Below are positions 37,930 through 47,348 of a stretch of DNA of 64,000 bases, in pieces. The notes under the pieces were generated by a model that saw nothing but the letters and a program-made list of their open reading frames with translations, ran no database searches and was not told where the DNA came from. Source of the stretch: an uncultured Pseudomonadota bacterium (lineage in GTDB: Bacteria; Oederibacteriota; Muellerivitia; Muellerivitales; Muellerivitaceae); NCBI GenBank assembly GCA_963770835.1, contig CAVYRH010000019.1:352001-416000 (forward strand), read 5' to 3'. Every line of letters starts with the position of its first letter. Within the stretch, counting starts at the first letter, position 1. Made by a program: the position numbers and the translations under genes.

Positions 37930-40900
37930 TCAAAACCCGACTTTCACACCGCCGCCGAATTGATTGGAGTTCAAGTTGGTCCGCCCGAACTCCCCCTCGT
38001 AGTCCAAGGATACGGTCAGGCTCTTCGCGAAGGACAGTCCCACCCCCGCCCCCGCCATGATCCCATCCTGCCCCACCTGCGGCCCAGCCACCGTAAAGCT
38101 GTCCCCCGTCCCGAACCCCGCCTGGTAGGTACCGCCCTGGTAGTTGTATTCATGCTCCCATGCCAATTGGAGCATTGGGTTCAAGGTTGTGTCATTGCCC
38201 AGGGACCATTGGCTGTTCGCCCTCGCCCCCAAGCGGCTCAACAGCGAGTTCTCCGATTGGTTTGGAATCGTCAGGGGCGCCTGCGACCCTTGTTCCGTAA
38301 AGCTATTCATGCTGACATCGCTGTATTGGACCGACCCCATCGGGCCAATCTTCATTTGGCCCGACTTAAATTGATAACCCATCTCCAAGGCCCCGTCATA
38401 CTGGTTCCCCTGAGTCTTGCCCGTGGCCGTGCCGTTGTAGCCTGTTCTTGTGGTTCCGTAGGAGTTGATTCCCCCTTCCACCAGGGCGCTGGTATAGAAC
38501 CCTTCCGAGTAAAACAATCCATAGAGTCCTAATTGCCCCCCGTCGGCGGTAAGGGTCCCCCCTGTCCCCAGGATCACATCCGTGTGGCCATATCCCACCA
38601 TCAGGCCTGCCACCATCTCCCTCGATAGGCGGTAGTCCGCCCCTGCTCCCGTCAGCCCGTAAGTCGTGACCTTGTACCCCGCCGCGTTGGAATCCGAGGA
38701 AACGTTGAAGAAACCCCCGTTGCCCGAGACAAAACCTCCCCAAGGGCTGGTCTGGGACGGGGCCATGGCAGCTTCCTTGGAAGCCGGCATATTGCCCGCA
38801 AACCAGAGCGTTCCAGTACTGGAGAACCCCGGCAGCCAAGCGGTGTTGTCCACGTCGTTCATCAGCTGGGACATTCTTTGATCCACCAAGGCGGTCCGGG
38901 CCAAAGCCCCCTCGAAACCTGCTTGGTACAAAGCCGTGAAATCTTCCGGCGACAACTGTCCCTCAGCCGCCTGCAGGGAGGTATTGGAAAGAACGCCGAT
39001 GGAGGCCATGAAACCGTCCACTTTGGGATTCAAGGCGATAGTGTCCAAATCTGCTCCAATGGACTTTTGGTTGGGGGTCGTTCCCGATCCTTGGAACGAG
39101 GGATTGATCGATTCCAGCTCCACCGCATTTGAAAAATAAAGGGGAAGGAGGCGGATACCGGTTAAGCCTTCGTCCACCTGTTGAAAAATCCCGGAGACGG
39201 ATTTGGCGTCCAGGATGGTCATTTTGCTGCCTAAAGTAGGGGCCGTAAGGCCGGAACCCGGCAAAAGGTTGAGGGTTCCATTGAGGATTGCGAACCCGGT
39301 AACGTTCACGCGATCTTGGGAGGAGGCTCCCGCGCCTCCTAGGCCCAGTTGAAGGGTTCCACCTGAAGCTTGGTAATAATTGCCGTCGACTTGGAAAGTT
39401 AAAGGTGCCCCGGCGGTCGCGAGAATGCCGCCGTTGACCACCACCGAACCCACTGTTCCCAAGGCCTGGGAATTTCCTACTGCCAAGGTTCCCCCATCAA
39501 TAGCGGTTCCTCCCGTGAAGGTATTAGCCCCCATTAGGCTCAAAGTCCCCGTTCCCACCTTGGTCAAGGAAGCCCCTGTGCCGCCATTTTGTCCCCCATC
39601 CGTGATCAATCCCGAAACAGTCGTAGAAAGGTTGTTTGTGCCTGTCACGAGGTTGCAATAACCAAGGTAATAAGTACCCGTCCCAGCGATGGAACCCACG
39701 GTAACGGGGCCTGAAAAGGCATTCGCATCATAACTAAAGTCCGTGAAACCGGTCCCATTTGTGATTAATTGTGCCGTTCCCCCTCCACCTGCCGTACCAG
39801 GTCCTTGTTCAAAAAAAAGTTTTCCTCCGCTCACCGTTGTTATCACAGCGTCCCCTGCGGTCGAAGAACCAGTGAAAGATATCAAACCACTGTTGAGAAT
39901 GGTTGCTGATCCACTTGATGACGAATCGTTAAAATTCAACATATTGTCATTGGTAATAAAAGCATTTGAAGCGGTGGAAGAATTAAAGAACTCCACCCAC
40001 CCAACTGCGTTGTTGTTCAAAATTGTTGCGCCTGATGCCGTCGCAGAATTAATGTAATAAATAAGAGAGCTGTTTGTTATTAATCCACTCCCCAACGTCC
40101 CCCCTGTGTTCACGCACAATAAGCCTCCCACTACCGACGTCCCCCCACCGTAGGAGTTGGGACCAAAAAGGGTTAGGGCCGCCGAACCTATTTTTTCCAG
40201 GGTTCCACCGGTGCCGTTGATCTGGCCGCCGAAGCTACCGGAGGCGATTTGAAGAAGGGAGTTGCTATTGGGCAACTGGATCAAACCTTGGCCCTCTAAA
40301 TCGCCGATGGAAACCGAATCCTGTCCCGCGGCCCCCGCGGTCCCCGGGGATATCCCCGAACCTGCGATACCACCCGTGCCGCCGCTGGCGGCCAGTTCAT
40401 TGCCCGCGCCCATGGTCACAGCGCCGATGGCCAGGGAAACATTGCCGCCCGCCCCGCCGTTGCCGCCGGTTCCTCCCGAGGAACCACCCCCTGCCGCTCC
40501 AGCCCCGCCGTCCAAGAAGAGATTGGAACCCGTCCCCAGGGTCAAGGTCCCCAGGGTCACGCCCAAGTTCCCCCCAGCCCCACCTGCCCCGCCCGCCGCA
40601 ACGCCAATGGAACTTCCCCCGCCGCCGCCGTTGCCACTGGAAAGGGAGATGGTGGTGGAAACCCCCACTGAAAAAGTACCGAGGGAGAAGGTTGTGTTCC
40701 CTGCCGCTCCACCGGCCCCCGGGGTGGCTCCCGAGGCCCCGATCCCACCGTTCCCGCTAATGACGCTCATAGTGGTGTCCGAGATAATCGAAAGGTTGGA
40801 CAAGGACATACTGACGTTTCCGCCATTTCCACCTGCCGCTGGCGCTGTGGAGGAGAAGGCATTGCCCCCGTTGCCGCCATTGACCAGGAATATGGAATAA

Positions 40901-42012
40901 CCCGAACCGGACCCTTGGAGGGTGGCACTTCCACCAGAAACCAGGGCATTTCCACCCGCCGCGGCAAATGAGGAGCTTCCCCCGCTTCCCCCCGCGACTT
41001 GGAAGGAGGCCCCGCTTAGGCCCGAATAAGACCCGAAAGAAACCGCCGCGTCCCCGCCCCGCCCGCTGGCCGAGATCCCGCCTCGGCCCGTCCCGCCTTG
41101 GACATTGAATTGAGCGTTGGAAATGAGCGATCCCGCCGTAAAGGAGGCCGCCCCGCCCGCCCCCCCAGTAACCGCATAGCCACCCTCACCACCATCGATG
41201 ATGATATTTCCATAAGTTCCGATAGATACTGCGGCAAAGGATACCGAAGCCGCCCCGCCTTGCCCGCCCACGCTGGTAGTGGTGCTGCCCAGGTCGGTCA
41301 CGTTCCCGCCGATGCCCCCACTATTGTTGTAATTCACCTCGAAATAACTGGGGCCGAGCAAAGTAAGGTTCGTTCCTGATAGAGAAACAGAACCACCCAC
41401 ACCTCCGACATCCCCTGAGCCATTGGTATCGTTCACATTCCCGCCGTTTCCCGAATTAAAGGTTTCAGAACCACCAATTGTCCAATTACCCACTTCAGCC
41501 GAGACGTTTCCGCCATTTCCGACTGTGATATTGACTCCACTGGTGGTTGTGGTGTCGGGAGCACTTGCCGCAACAATACTTCCGGTACTGTTGGACCCCA
41601 TGATCCAGGAGGCGGCGGTCACCGATACGTCCAGACCCAAGCCCAGGATGCCGTTGTTCTGAAAGGAAAGATTGTTTTGCTGGTTGAGCGTCCCCTGGAA
41701 AAGGAACTGGGATTGGGACTCGTTTTGTCCGATGACCTGCTGGTCGCCGCCGGCGAAAGTGACGCTCTGGGTGAGGCTAGGAAGGACTTGGGAAAGGGTA
41801 ACGGCATAATTGCTTTGGAAGGTGACCGTGCCGCCGCCCGTGTCGTTATTCAGGGCGGTAACGGCCCAACCGAGGGACCCCACGCTTTCGTCCCCCGCGC
41901 CGGTGGTGACCGCCACTGCGTTTTGGGCGGACGAATGGCCGGCAAGGAGAAACAGGAACAACGCGGCGGATAGGAAGGATAAGGGAACGGACATCCGGAA
42001 ACTTTTTTTCAC
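37930..42012 (-). CDS. Autotransporter 2 (paralogue of autotransporter 1)
   Basis: Same architecture: AQNAV...DESxGSLGWA N-terminus, Gly-rich passenger, PATR, barrel ending VKVGF. Confidence 0.9.
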   Translation of the reverse strand: MKKSFRMSVPLSFLSAALFLFLLAGHSSAQNAVAVTTGAGDESVGSLGWAVTALNNDTGGGTVTFQSNYAVTLSQVLPSLTQSVTFAGGDQQVIGQNESQSQFLFQGTLNQQNNLSFQNNGILGLGLDVSVTAASWIMGSNSTGSIVAASAPDTTTTSGVNITVGNGGNVSAEVGNWTIGGSETFNSGNGGNVNDTNGSGDVGGVGGSVSLSGTNLTLLGPSYFEVNYNNSGGIGGNVTDLGSTTTSVGGQGGAASVSFAAVSIGTYGNIIIDGGEGGYAVTGGAGGAASFTAGSLISNAQFNVQGGTGRGGISASGRGGDAAVSFGSYSGLSGASFQVAGGSGGSSSFAAAGGNALVSGGSATLQGSGSGYSIFLVNGGNGGNAFSSTAPAAGGNGGNVSMSLSNLSIISDTTMSVISGNGGIGASGATPGAGGAAGNTTFSLGTFSVGVSTTISLSSGNGGGGGSSIGVAAGGAGGAGGNLGVTLGTLTLGTGSNLFLDGGAGAAGGGSSGGTGGNGGAGGNVSLAIGAVTMGAGNELAASGGTGGIAGSGISPGTAGAAGQDSVSIGDLEGQGLIQLPNSNSLLQIASGSFGGQINGTGGTLEKIGSAALTLFGPNSYGGGTSVVGGLLCVNTGGTLGSGLITNSSLIYYINSATASGATILNNNAVGWVEFFNSSTASNAFITNDNMLNFNDSSSSGSATILNSGLISFTGSSTAGDAVITTVSGGKLFFEQGPGTAGGGGTAQLITNGTGFTDFSYDANAFSGPVTVGSIAGTGTYYLGYCNLVTGTNNLSTTVSGLITDGGQNGGTGASLTKVGTGTLSLMGANTFTGGTAIDGGTLAVGNSQALGTVGSVVVNGGILATAGAPLTFQVDGNYYQASGGTLQLGLGGAGASSQDRVNVTGFAILNGTLNLLPGSGLTAPTLGSKMTILDAKSVSGIFQQVDEGLTGIRLLPLYFSNAVELESINPSFQGSGTTPNQKSIGADLDTIALNPKVDGFMASIGVLSNTSLQAAEGQLSPEDFTALYQAGFEGALARTALVDQRMSQLMNDVDNTAWLPGFSSTGTLWFAGNMPASKEAAMAPSQTSPWGGFVSGNGGFFNVSSDSNAAGYKVTTYGLTGAGADYRLSREMVAGLMVGYGHTDVILGTGGTLTADGGQLGLYGLFYSEGFYTSALVEGGINSYGTTRTGYNGTATGKTQGNQYDGALEMGYQFKSGQMKIGPMGSVQYSDVSMNSFTEQGSQAPLTIPNQSENSLLSRLGARANSQWSLGNDTTLNPMLQLAWEHEYNYQGGTYQAGFGTGDSFTVAGPQVGQDGIMAGAGVGLSFAKSLTVSLDYEGEFGRTNLNSNQFGGGVKVGF
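38042..39702. repeat. Direct repeat copy B (1661 bp)
   Basis: See copy A. Confidence 0.9.
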
Positions 42013-42095
42013 GAAGAGTCCTTTGGAGTGGTTTGGAAAAGCCTCGTTATTCTACCGCTTTCCTCACGTGTTCCAAAAAATCCGGATCAAATTTT

Positions 42096-43265
42096 TTATG
42101 GATCTTTTGAAGGTTTAACCAAGGCCTTTTCATAGGTTCGTTCGATCTGGCGGAGCATTTCATCGATGAGAAAGGTTCCCTGGAGGACTTCACGGCCCGC
42201 TTTGCCCATCTTCCGGCCCAAACGGGGATTGGAAAGGATGGTGGAAAGGCTTTCCGCCATAGCCGCCGTATCGTGGGGTTGGTGCAGGAACCCCGTCACC
42301 CCGTCCTTCACCGCTTCGGGGGTGCCGGAAACCGCCGTGGCCACCACGGGCTTTTCCGCCGCCATGGCCTGTAAAACCACCCGGGGCAGGCCCTCGTGGA
42401 GGGAAGTCAAAAGAAGCGCGTCACTGGCCGCCAGCAGTTCGGCAACGTCCTCCCGCCAACCCAAAAGGAGGAAATGCCTTTCCAATCCGCGGGCTTTAAT
42501 CACGCTTTCCACTTTTCCAAAGAGGGGGCCGTCGCCCGCCCAAAGGAAAAGCGCGTAAGGAACCTTGCTGCGGAGGGCGTCGGCCACTTCGATCACATCC
42601 AACGGGGATTTCTGCTGCTTGAAATTGGCAAGCACCAAAACGCAAGGTAGGCCTTTGGATTTCAATTTGGCCCGTGCCCGGCGGGCTTGTAAGAAAGAAA
42701 GCCGGTATTGTTTCGGGTCGATGCCGCTATGGATGATTTTGTATTGTTCTTCCCGGCCGATACCGGCCGCCAACCCCGCCTGTTTGTTTTCATCGCTCAC
42801 GGTGATGAGCACGTCCGTAAAGCCGGCCGCCCAGCGTTCCAATACCTGGTAAAGCCATCGGATAAGGAAAAATTGGCCTAGATGAAAGCCCCAACCATGG
42901 ACTGTGTGGACGATGCAGGGCACTCCCGCTTTTTTGGCGGCAAGGCGCCCCAGGATGCCCGCCTTGGAACTGTGGGTGTGGACCAGGTTCACCCCTTCAT
43001 CCTTCAGGATTTGGGTGAGGCGGCCAAGGGCTTTGAAGTCCCACCAGGGATGGACTTGGTGTTTTAATTCGGGAAGGAAATAGGTCTTGCAGTCGGGGAT
43101 TTCTTTGGCTTTTTCATCCAGGTAGCCGCCGACCCCGGAAATCAGGAGGACATCATATTTTTTCCGGTCATGGTGCTCGCAGCAATAGAGGGTGTTCTGC
43201 TGGGCGCCACCCAGTTCCAGGCGGGTGATGATATGCGCGATTTTAATTTTCGGAGGGATGGCCAA
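42096..43265 (-). CDS. Glycosyltransferase family 4
   Basis: GGAQ, VHTHSSKAGILGR, HTVHG, SLHEGLPRVVLQAMAAEKPVV. Confidence 0.92.
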   Translation of the reverse strand: MAIPPKIKIAHIITRLELGGAQQNTLYCCEHHDRKKYDVLLISGVGGYLDEKAKEIPDCKTYFLPELKHQVHPWWDFKALGRLTQILKDEGVNLVHTHSSKAGILGRLAAKKAGVPCIVHTVHGWGFHLGQFFLIRWLYQVLERWAAGFTDVLITVSDENKQAGLAAGIGREEQYKIIHSGIDPKQYRLSFLQARRARAKLKSKGLPCVLVLANFKQQKSPLDVIEVADALRSKVPYALFLWAGDGPLFGKVESVIKARGLERHFLLLGWREDVAELLAASDALLLTSLHEGLPRVVLQAMAAEKPVVATAVSGTPEAVKDGVTGFLHQPHDTAAMAESLSTILSNPRLGRKMGKAGREVLQGTFLIDEMLRQIERTYEKALVKPSKDP

Positions 43266-43306
43266 GGGCTATGGAACCGGTGGTTTTTTCATATGGGGGG
43301 TCGAAC

Positions 43307-43738
43307 TCACTTATTTGCCCCCGCCACAATATCCGGTGACTGCCTTACCCGGAAAGGCCGGTACCCAATGGCATTGCCCGAAACCTCAGAAATCAAACGA
43401 AGGGTATATTTCCCGTAATTGGGAAAAACCAGCTGGCGCAGCTCAAACACCAAATCCACCATTTCCAAGGGGTCTTTGGAATTCAGCCGCCCCTGGATTT
43501 TAAGGATGGATTTTTCACCGTCCTGGCCGTCGTGGACGATTTCCAGATAAATGCCTTGTTCGCCATGGCATCCCGTCAAAACGACCGCCACATAGGTTTC
43601 AGGGCGGACCACCGGGACATTCTTGGCCCAAATCTCGTCAAAAACCCCCACGAAGGTTTTTTTGTTGGACCGGACATCCTGGATCACCTGGTCGCAAAGC
43701 AGGAAGGCCACTAATTGGGGGTCAACGGATATCGACAT
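43307..43738 (-). CDS. Hypothetical protein (DUF6941-like)
   Basis: LLCDQVIQD...KKTFVGVFD...FPNYGKY; start MSISVDP at 43738 with an upstream GAGG. Confidence 0.65.
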   Translation of the reverse strand: MSISVDPQLVAFLLCDQVIQDVRSNKKTFVGVFDEIWAKNVPVVRPETYVAVVLTGCHGEQGIYLEIVHDGQDGEKSILKIQGRLNSKDPLEMVDLVFELRQLVFPNYGKYTLRLISEVSGNAIGYRPFRVRQSPDIVAGANK

Positions 43739-43757
43739 GGGCTTCCCTCTCGGAACG

Positions 43758-44867
43758 TCAACTTTCCTTGGCTGGACTTTTACCCTTGGCTTTGCGGGCG
43801 GCCTTCTTCGTTGCCTTCTCGTCCGCCTTGGCCTCGGCGATCGCAGCTTCATCCACGCCCGTGATGGGCTGGACCTGGGCCTTAATGGCTTGTTCCTCGT
43901 CCTCGGCCTGGACGAATTTTTGCATCCATTCCCACTGGCGCGCCAGCCCTTCCCGCAAGGGGATCCCGGGCTTGGCACCGAAGATCTGCGCTAATTTGGC
44001 GGTATCGGCCCTTGTGGAAAAAACGTCGCCCTTCTGGTGCTCCAGGAAGGTTTTAGCGCAAGTTTTACCGCTGATTTCCTCCAGCAGGGTGACGGCTTCC
44101 AGGAGGGTGCAAGGCGAGCCCCCGCCCACGTTGACTACCTGGCCCACGGCCGCTTCCGAAGTTACGGAGGCCGCAATGATTTCCACAACATCGTCAATAT
44201 AAGTGAAGTCGCGTACTTGTTTGCCGTCGCCGTAAATGGTCAAGGCGGCATCGTGCAGGATATTGTGGCAGAAGCGATTGAAGGCCATGTCCGGCCTCTG
44301 GCCCGGCCCGTAAACCGAGAAGAACCTCAAGGAAACGGTCGGCATCTTGTATTCCTGGTGGTAAAGCTGTACCAGGTTTTCCGCGGCCAGCTTGGTCACG
44401 CCGTAGGGGCTGCGGGGTTTGCACACTATTTCCTCGTTGAGAACGGCGATTTCTCCGCCAGGTTGCTGGGGAATATCCCCGTAAACCGAGGATGAGGAGG
44501 CGTAAACAAACCGCTTCAGGTGGTTAGCCTTGGATTCTTCCAGCAATTTCTGGGTCACTTGGATGTTGTTGGTGAGGTAGCGGTGGAAGGAGGACCCCCA
44601 GGAACCCCTCACCCCCGGCTGGGCGGCCAGGTGCACGATGGCTTCGGTGCCCTTGACCACTTTGACCAGGGCCATGTCCGCCAGGTTGTCCTCCACCAGC
44701 TTGAACTTGGGGTGGAGCAGCACCGGCATGAGGTTTTTCTCCTTTTGGCTGCGGGAATAGTAGACGTCGAAGCTGTCCACGCCCATGACGTCGTGGCCCT
44801 CCTGGAGGAGCCGCGCCACCACGTGGGAACCGATGAACCCGGCCGCGCCGGTAACTAGGATTTTCAT
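43758..44867 (-). CDS. NAD-dependent nucleotide-sugar epimerase/dehydratase
   Basis: TGAAGFIGS, HLAAQPGVR, YASSSSVYG, YGVTK, YGPGQRPDMA. Confidence 0.92.
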   Translation of the reverse strand: MKILVTGAAGFIGSHVVARLLQEGHDVMGVDSFDVYYSRSQKEKNLMPVLLHPKFKLVEDNLADMALVKVVKGTEAIVHLAAQPGVRGSWGSSFHRYLTNNIQVTQKLLEESKANHLKRFVYASSSSVYGDIPQQPGGEIAVLNEEIVCKPRSPYGVTKLAAENLVQLYHQEYKMPTVSLRFFSVYGPGQRPDMAFNRFCHNILHDAALTIYGDGKQVRDFTYIDDVVEIIAASVTSEAAVGQVVNVGGGSPCTLLEAVTLLEEISGKTCAKTFLEHQKGDVFSTRADTAKLAQIFGAKPGIPLREGLARQWEWMQKFVQAEDEEQAIKAQVQPITGVDEAAIAEAKADEKATKKAARKAKGKSPAKES

Positions 44868-44887
44868 AAAAGCAAACCTCTTTTTGC

Positions 44888-44913
44888 CACAGATGAATGG
44901 GATGAACTCAGAT
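44888..44913. repeat. Inverted repeat, downstream flank of the GxxExxY gene
   Basis: CACAGATGAATGGGATGAACTCAGAT, 23/26 match to the reverse complement of 45360-45385. Confidence 0.85.
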
Positions 44914-44938
44914 ACATCTTTTAGATAAAAACGAAAAC

Positions 44939-45361
44939 TTAATTATTTTTTGCCCATTCTTTACGGGCCGAAATGCGCCTTATCTGAAGTTCCGGTTTTC
45001 CGAAGTTGAGAAGAAGACAAACTCCCAATCCGGTTGCCCTCAGATAATTCAAGCACTGGGCATAATGAATATCATCCAAACCTTGAGCAGCCCTCAATTC
45101 AACTAGAACGCTGCTTTCCACCAACAAATCAGCTATGTATTCACCAACCAAAACATCTTTATAGTAAATCTCGATGGGATTTTGTTGTACAACCTTGAGA
45201 CCCTTTAGTTGTAATTCACAACTCAATGCGTTCTCATAAACCTTCTCCAAAAAGCCGCATCCCAATGAATTGGAGACTGTATACGCACAACCAATAATCT
45301 TTTCGGTTATTTCAAACAGTTCCGTCGGCTGATTTAAATCTTCATTCTTTTCCAAATCCAT
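44939..45361 (-). CDS. GxxExxY protein (PD-(D/E)XK nuclease superfamily)
   Basis: LGCGFLEKVYENAL, YIADLLVE...VELRA, AQCLNYL...LLLNFG; visibly more AT-rich than its flanks. Confidence 0.92.
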   Translation of the reverse strand: MDLEKNEDLNQPTELFEITEKIIGCAYTVSNSLGCGFLEKVYENALSCELQLKGLKVVQQNPIEIYYKDVLVGEYIADLLVESSVLVELRAAQGLDDIHYAQCLNYLRATGLGVCLLLNFGKPELQIRRISARKEWAKNN

Positions 45362-45385
45362 CCGTGTTCATCCCATTCATCCGTG
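45360..45385. repeat. Inverted repeat, upstream flank of the GxxExxY gene (overlaps its ATG)
   Basis: ATCCGTGTTCATCCCATTCATCCGTG. Confidence 0.85.
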
Positions 45386-45436
45386 CTTCGAAGCTGGTTT
45401 GTAGCTTCAGGGCGCGTGGCGAAATTGCCTTTTGTT

Positions 45437-46645
45437 TTAGCCGTTAATTTCCGTTAAAACAAGAACCCTCAAGTACTCCGTCTCGGGTATCGAAAGATTG
45501 ATTGGATGGTCCTGGGGCTGGATCATGCGTTCCACAAGCCTGAAGGAACGGCCCGATTCCTCCACCGCCTCCCGGGTTACGCCTTCCAGGATGGTCCAAG
45601 GAAAATGGTGGGAACAAGTGGCGACCACCAGGAAACCTCCGGGGTTCAGCATGTCAAATGAATGGCCGAGGAGGCTTTTCAAGGCCGTCTTTGCCGCAGG
45701 CAAATCGTGGACGCTTTTCGCCATGGGCGGCGGGTCCAGGAGGATGCCGTCGAACATTTTGCCACCCTTCTTGAATCCTTTCAGGGCGTGAAAACTATCC
45801 CCTTTTTCAAAATGGATTTTTCCCTCCACGCCGTTCAACCGGGCGTTTTCCTGGGCTTCATCCAGGGCGCCTTGCGAGGAATCCATGGCCAAAACATCCA
45901 CGGCCCCGCCTAAAACCGCTTGGATGGAAGCGGCACCCGCGTAACAAAAGGCGTCCAGGACCACCTTGCCATTGCTTAATTCTCCGATGCGGCGGCGTGC
46001 CTCGCGGAAGTCCAAGTAAAAGCCGGTCTTTTGCCCCTGGTCGGGACGGGACCTGAACTTCGCTTTTCCTTCGGCGAAAACCATGGGTAGGGATCCCGGC
46101 TCCGTGAGCCAGCCCTGGAATTCCGCCATCCCCTCCTTTTGGCAAATCTCTCCCACACTTTTCTCGTAAATATACTTATAGCCGTTTTCTTGAAGGGTCT
46201 TGGAAATAACCGGAAGGAAAGGCTTGAGTCCCGCGCTGAAACAGGACAAGACGGCGTTTTCCCCCCCAAAAGCGTCGGCGATGATGCCCGGCAGGCCGTC
46301 CCCCTCGCCGAACAGGAGGCGCAGTCCGTCGGTTTGGTATTTTTCCCCCAGTCCCTCGCGGATTTTGAGCGCCTCCCTCACACGGCCGGCGATCAGGGCC
46401 TCATCCACTTCCCGGTCGAAACCCCGGGTCAGCAGGCGCACGAGGATCTTGGAGGCGGGGCTGGCCACCCCTCGTCCCACCGGCTGTCCCTTGGAGGTGA
46501 CCACTTCCACCAACCCCCCGGGCGAAAGGCTCTTGGGGAACTTATCGATCTCATTGGAGAAAACCCAAGGATGGCCCGCCAAAAGGCGGTCCTCCTCTTT
46601 GGGCTTTAATTTGACGCGGATGTAACTGGGCATTAGTGGCCTCAT
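45437..46645 (-). CDS. RlmI-family SAM-dependent rRNA methyltransferase
   Basis: PUA domain GHPWVFSNEI, EGDGLPG, GQKTGFYLD, LDPP, PETEYL. Confidence 0.88.
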   Translation of the reverse strand: MRPLMPSYIRVKLKPKEEDRLLAGHPWVFSNEIDKFPKSLSPGGLVEVVTSKGQPVGRGVASPASKILVRLLTRGFDREVDEALIAGRVREALKIREGLGEKYQTDGLRLLFGEGDGLPGIIADAFGGENAVLSCFSAGLKPFLPVISKTLQENGYKYIYEKSVGEICQKEGMAEFQGWLTEPGSLPMVFAEGKAKFRSRPDQGQKTGFYLDFREARRRIGELSNGKVVLDAFCYAGAASIQAVLGGAVDVLAMDSSQGALDEAQENARLNGVEGKIHFEKGDSFHALKGFKKGGKMFDGILLDPPPMAKSVHDLPAAKTALKSLLGHSFDMLNPGGFLVVATCSHHFPWTILEGVTREAVEESGRSFRLVERMIQPQDHPINLSIPETEYLRVLVLTEING

Positions 46646-46723
46646 GGAACAGATTTTGGCGGCACAATCAAGCTAAAAGAGATTTCTTAAAAACCGGAAA
46701 TATCGAAAACGAAAAGGAGGAAC

Positions 46724-47293
46724 TTAAAAACGAAGCGAGAAGGACGCCTGTGGAGGAGGCATGGCCCGCGCGATCTGAAGCCGGATCGGGTCTTGCAGCC
46801 AGGCTTCCTTTTGTTTGAGAAATTCCGTTTGGGTCACTTGGTCCACGTTGTAATCCCCCGGCATGATCAGAGCCCCGATACCGATGCCCACGCCCAACCC
46901 CACCGCGCCGCCGATGAACATATTGGAGGATAGATTGTCGTTGGGCCCGCTGAATTCGTAGGAAAGAAGGAGCCCCGCGCCCAATCCCACGATCCCGGAG
47001 GCTACCAATTCCAACGACCGGGCGCCGTTATTGACCTCGGGTCCGCGGTCATGGTTGTCCATCTGTTGGTATTGCTTCTTCTTGGCGTCCTTGTCCAAGT
47101 CCCCCGTCCAGTCGAAGAGGCTGAAGTGGTCGGGCCGGTGTTTGACTTCGTCAGGGCTGTTGTCGTCGTCCCCCTCGTCTTCCCAGTAAAGGGCATGGGC
47201 CTTGGGGATGAAAAGGGGGCAGGTAAACCCTATCAAATTGAGGGTGAGTAACGATAAAAATGTCCGTTGAAGAAAAGAATGGTTCGGGGTCAT
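46724..47293 (-). CDS. Hypothetical exported/membrane protein
   Basis: Signal peptide ending AHA, acidic segment, two Gly-rich hydrophobic helices. Confidence 0.6.
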   Translation of the reverse strand: MTPNHSFLQRTFLSLLTLNLIGFTCPLFIPKAHALYWEDEGDDDNSPDEVKHRPDHFSLFDWTGDLDKDAKKKQYQQMDNHDRGPEVNNGARSLELVASGIVGLGAGLLLSYEFSGPNDNLSSNMFIGGAVGLGVGIGIGALIMPGDYNVDQVTQTEFLKQKEAWLQDPIRLQIARAMPPPQASFSLRF

Positions 47294-47348
47294 GGAGCCG
47301 ATTATACCTTTTTAGGGCCGCTTGAAAAAACTAAAAAAGGGGGAATGG

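Noticed and set aside
33966..39702. Diversity-generating retroelement template/variable repeat pair
   Set aside because: The repeat is 1.66 kb and apparently identical, with no adenine-specific differences and no reverse transcriptase in the window.
43269..43292. Tiny ORF MKKPPVP ending in TAG, in frame with the GT4 gene (possible read-through)
   Set aside because: GT4 homology starts after the TTG, and TAG is used as a normal stop elsewhere in the window.
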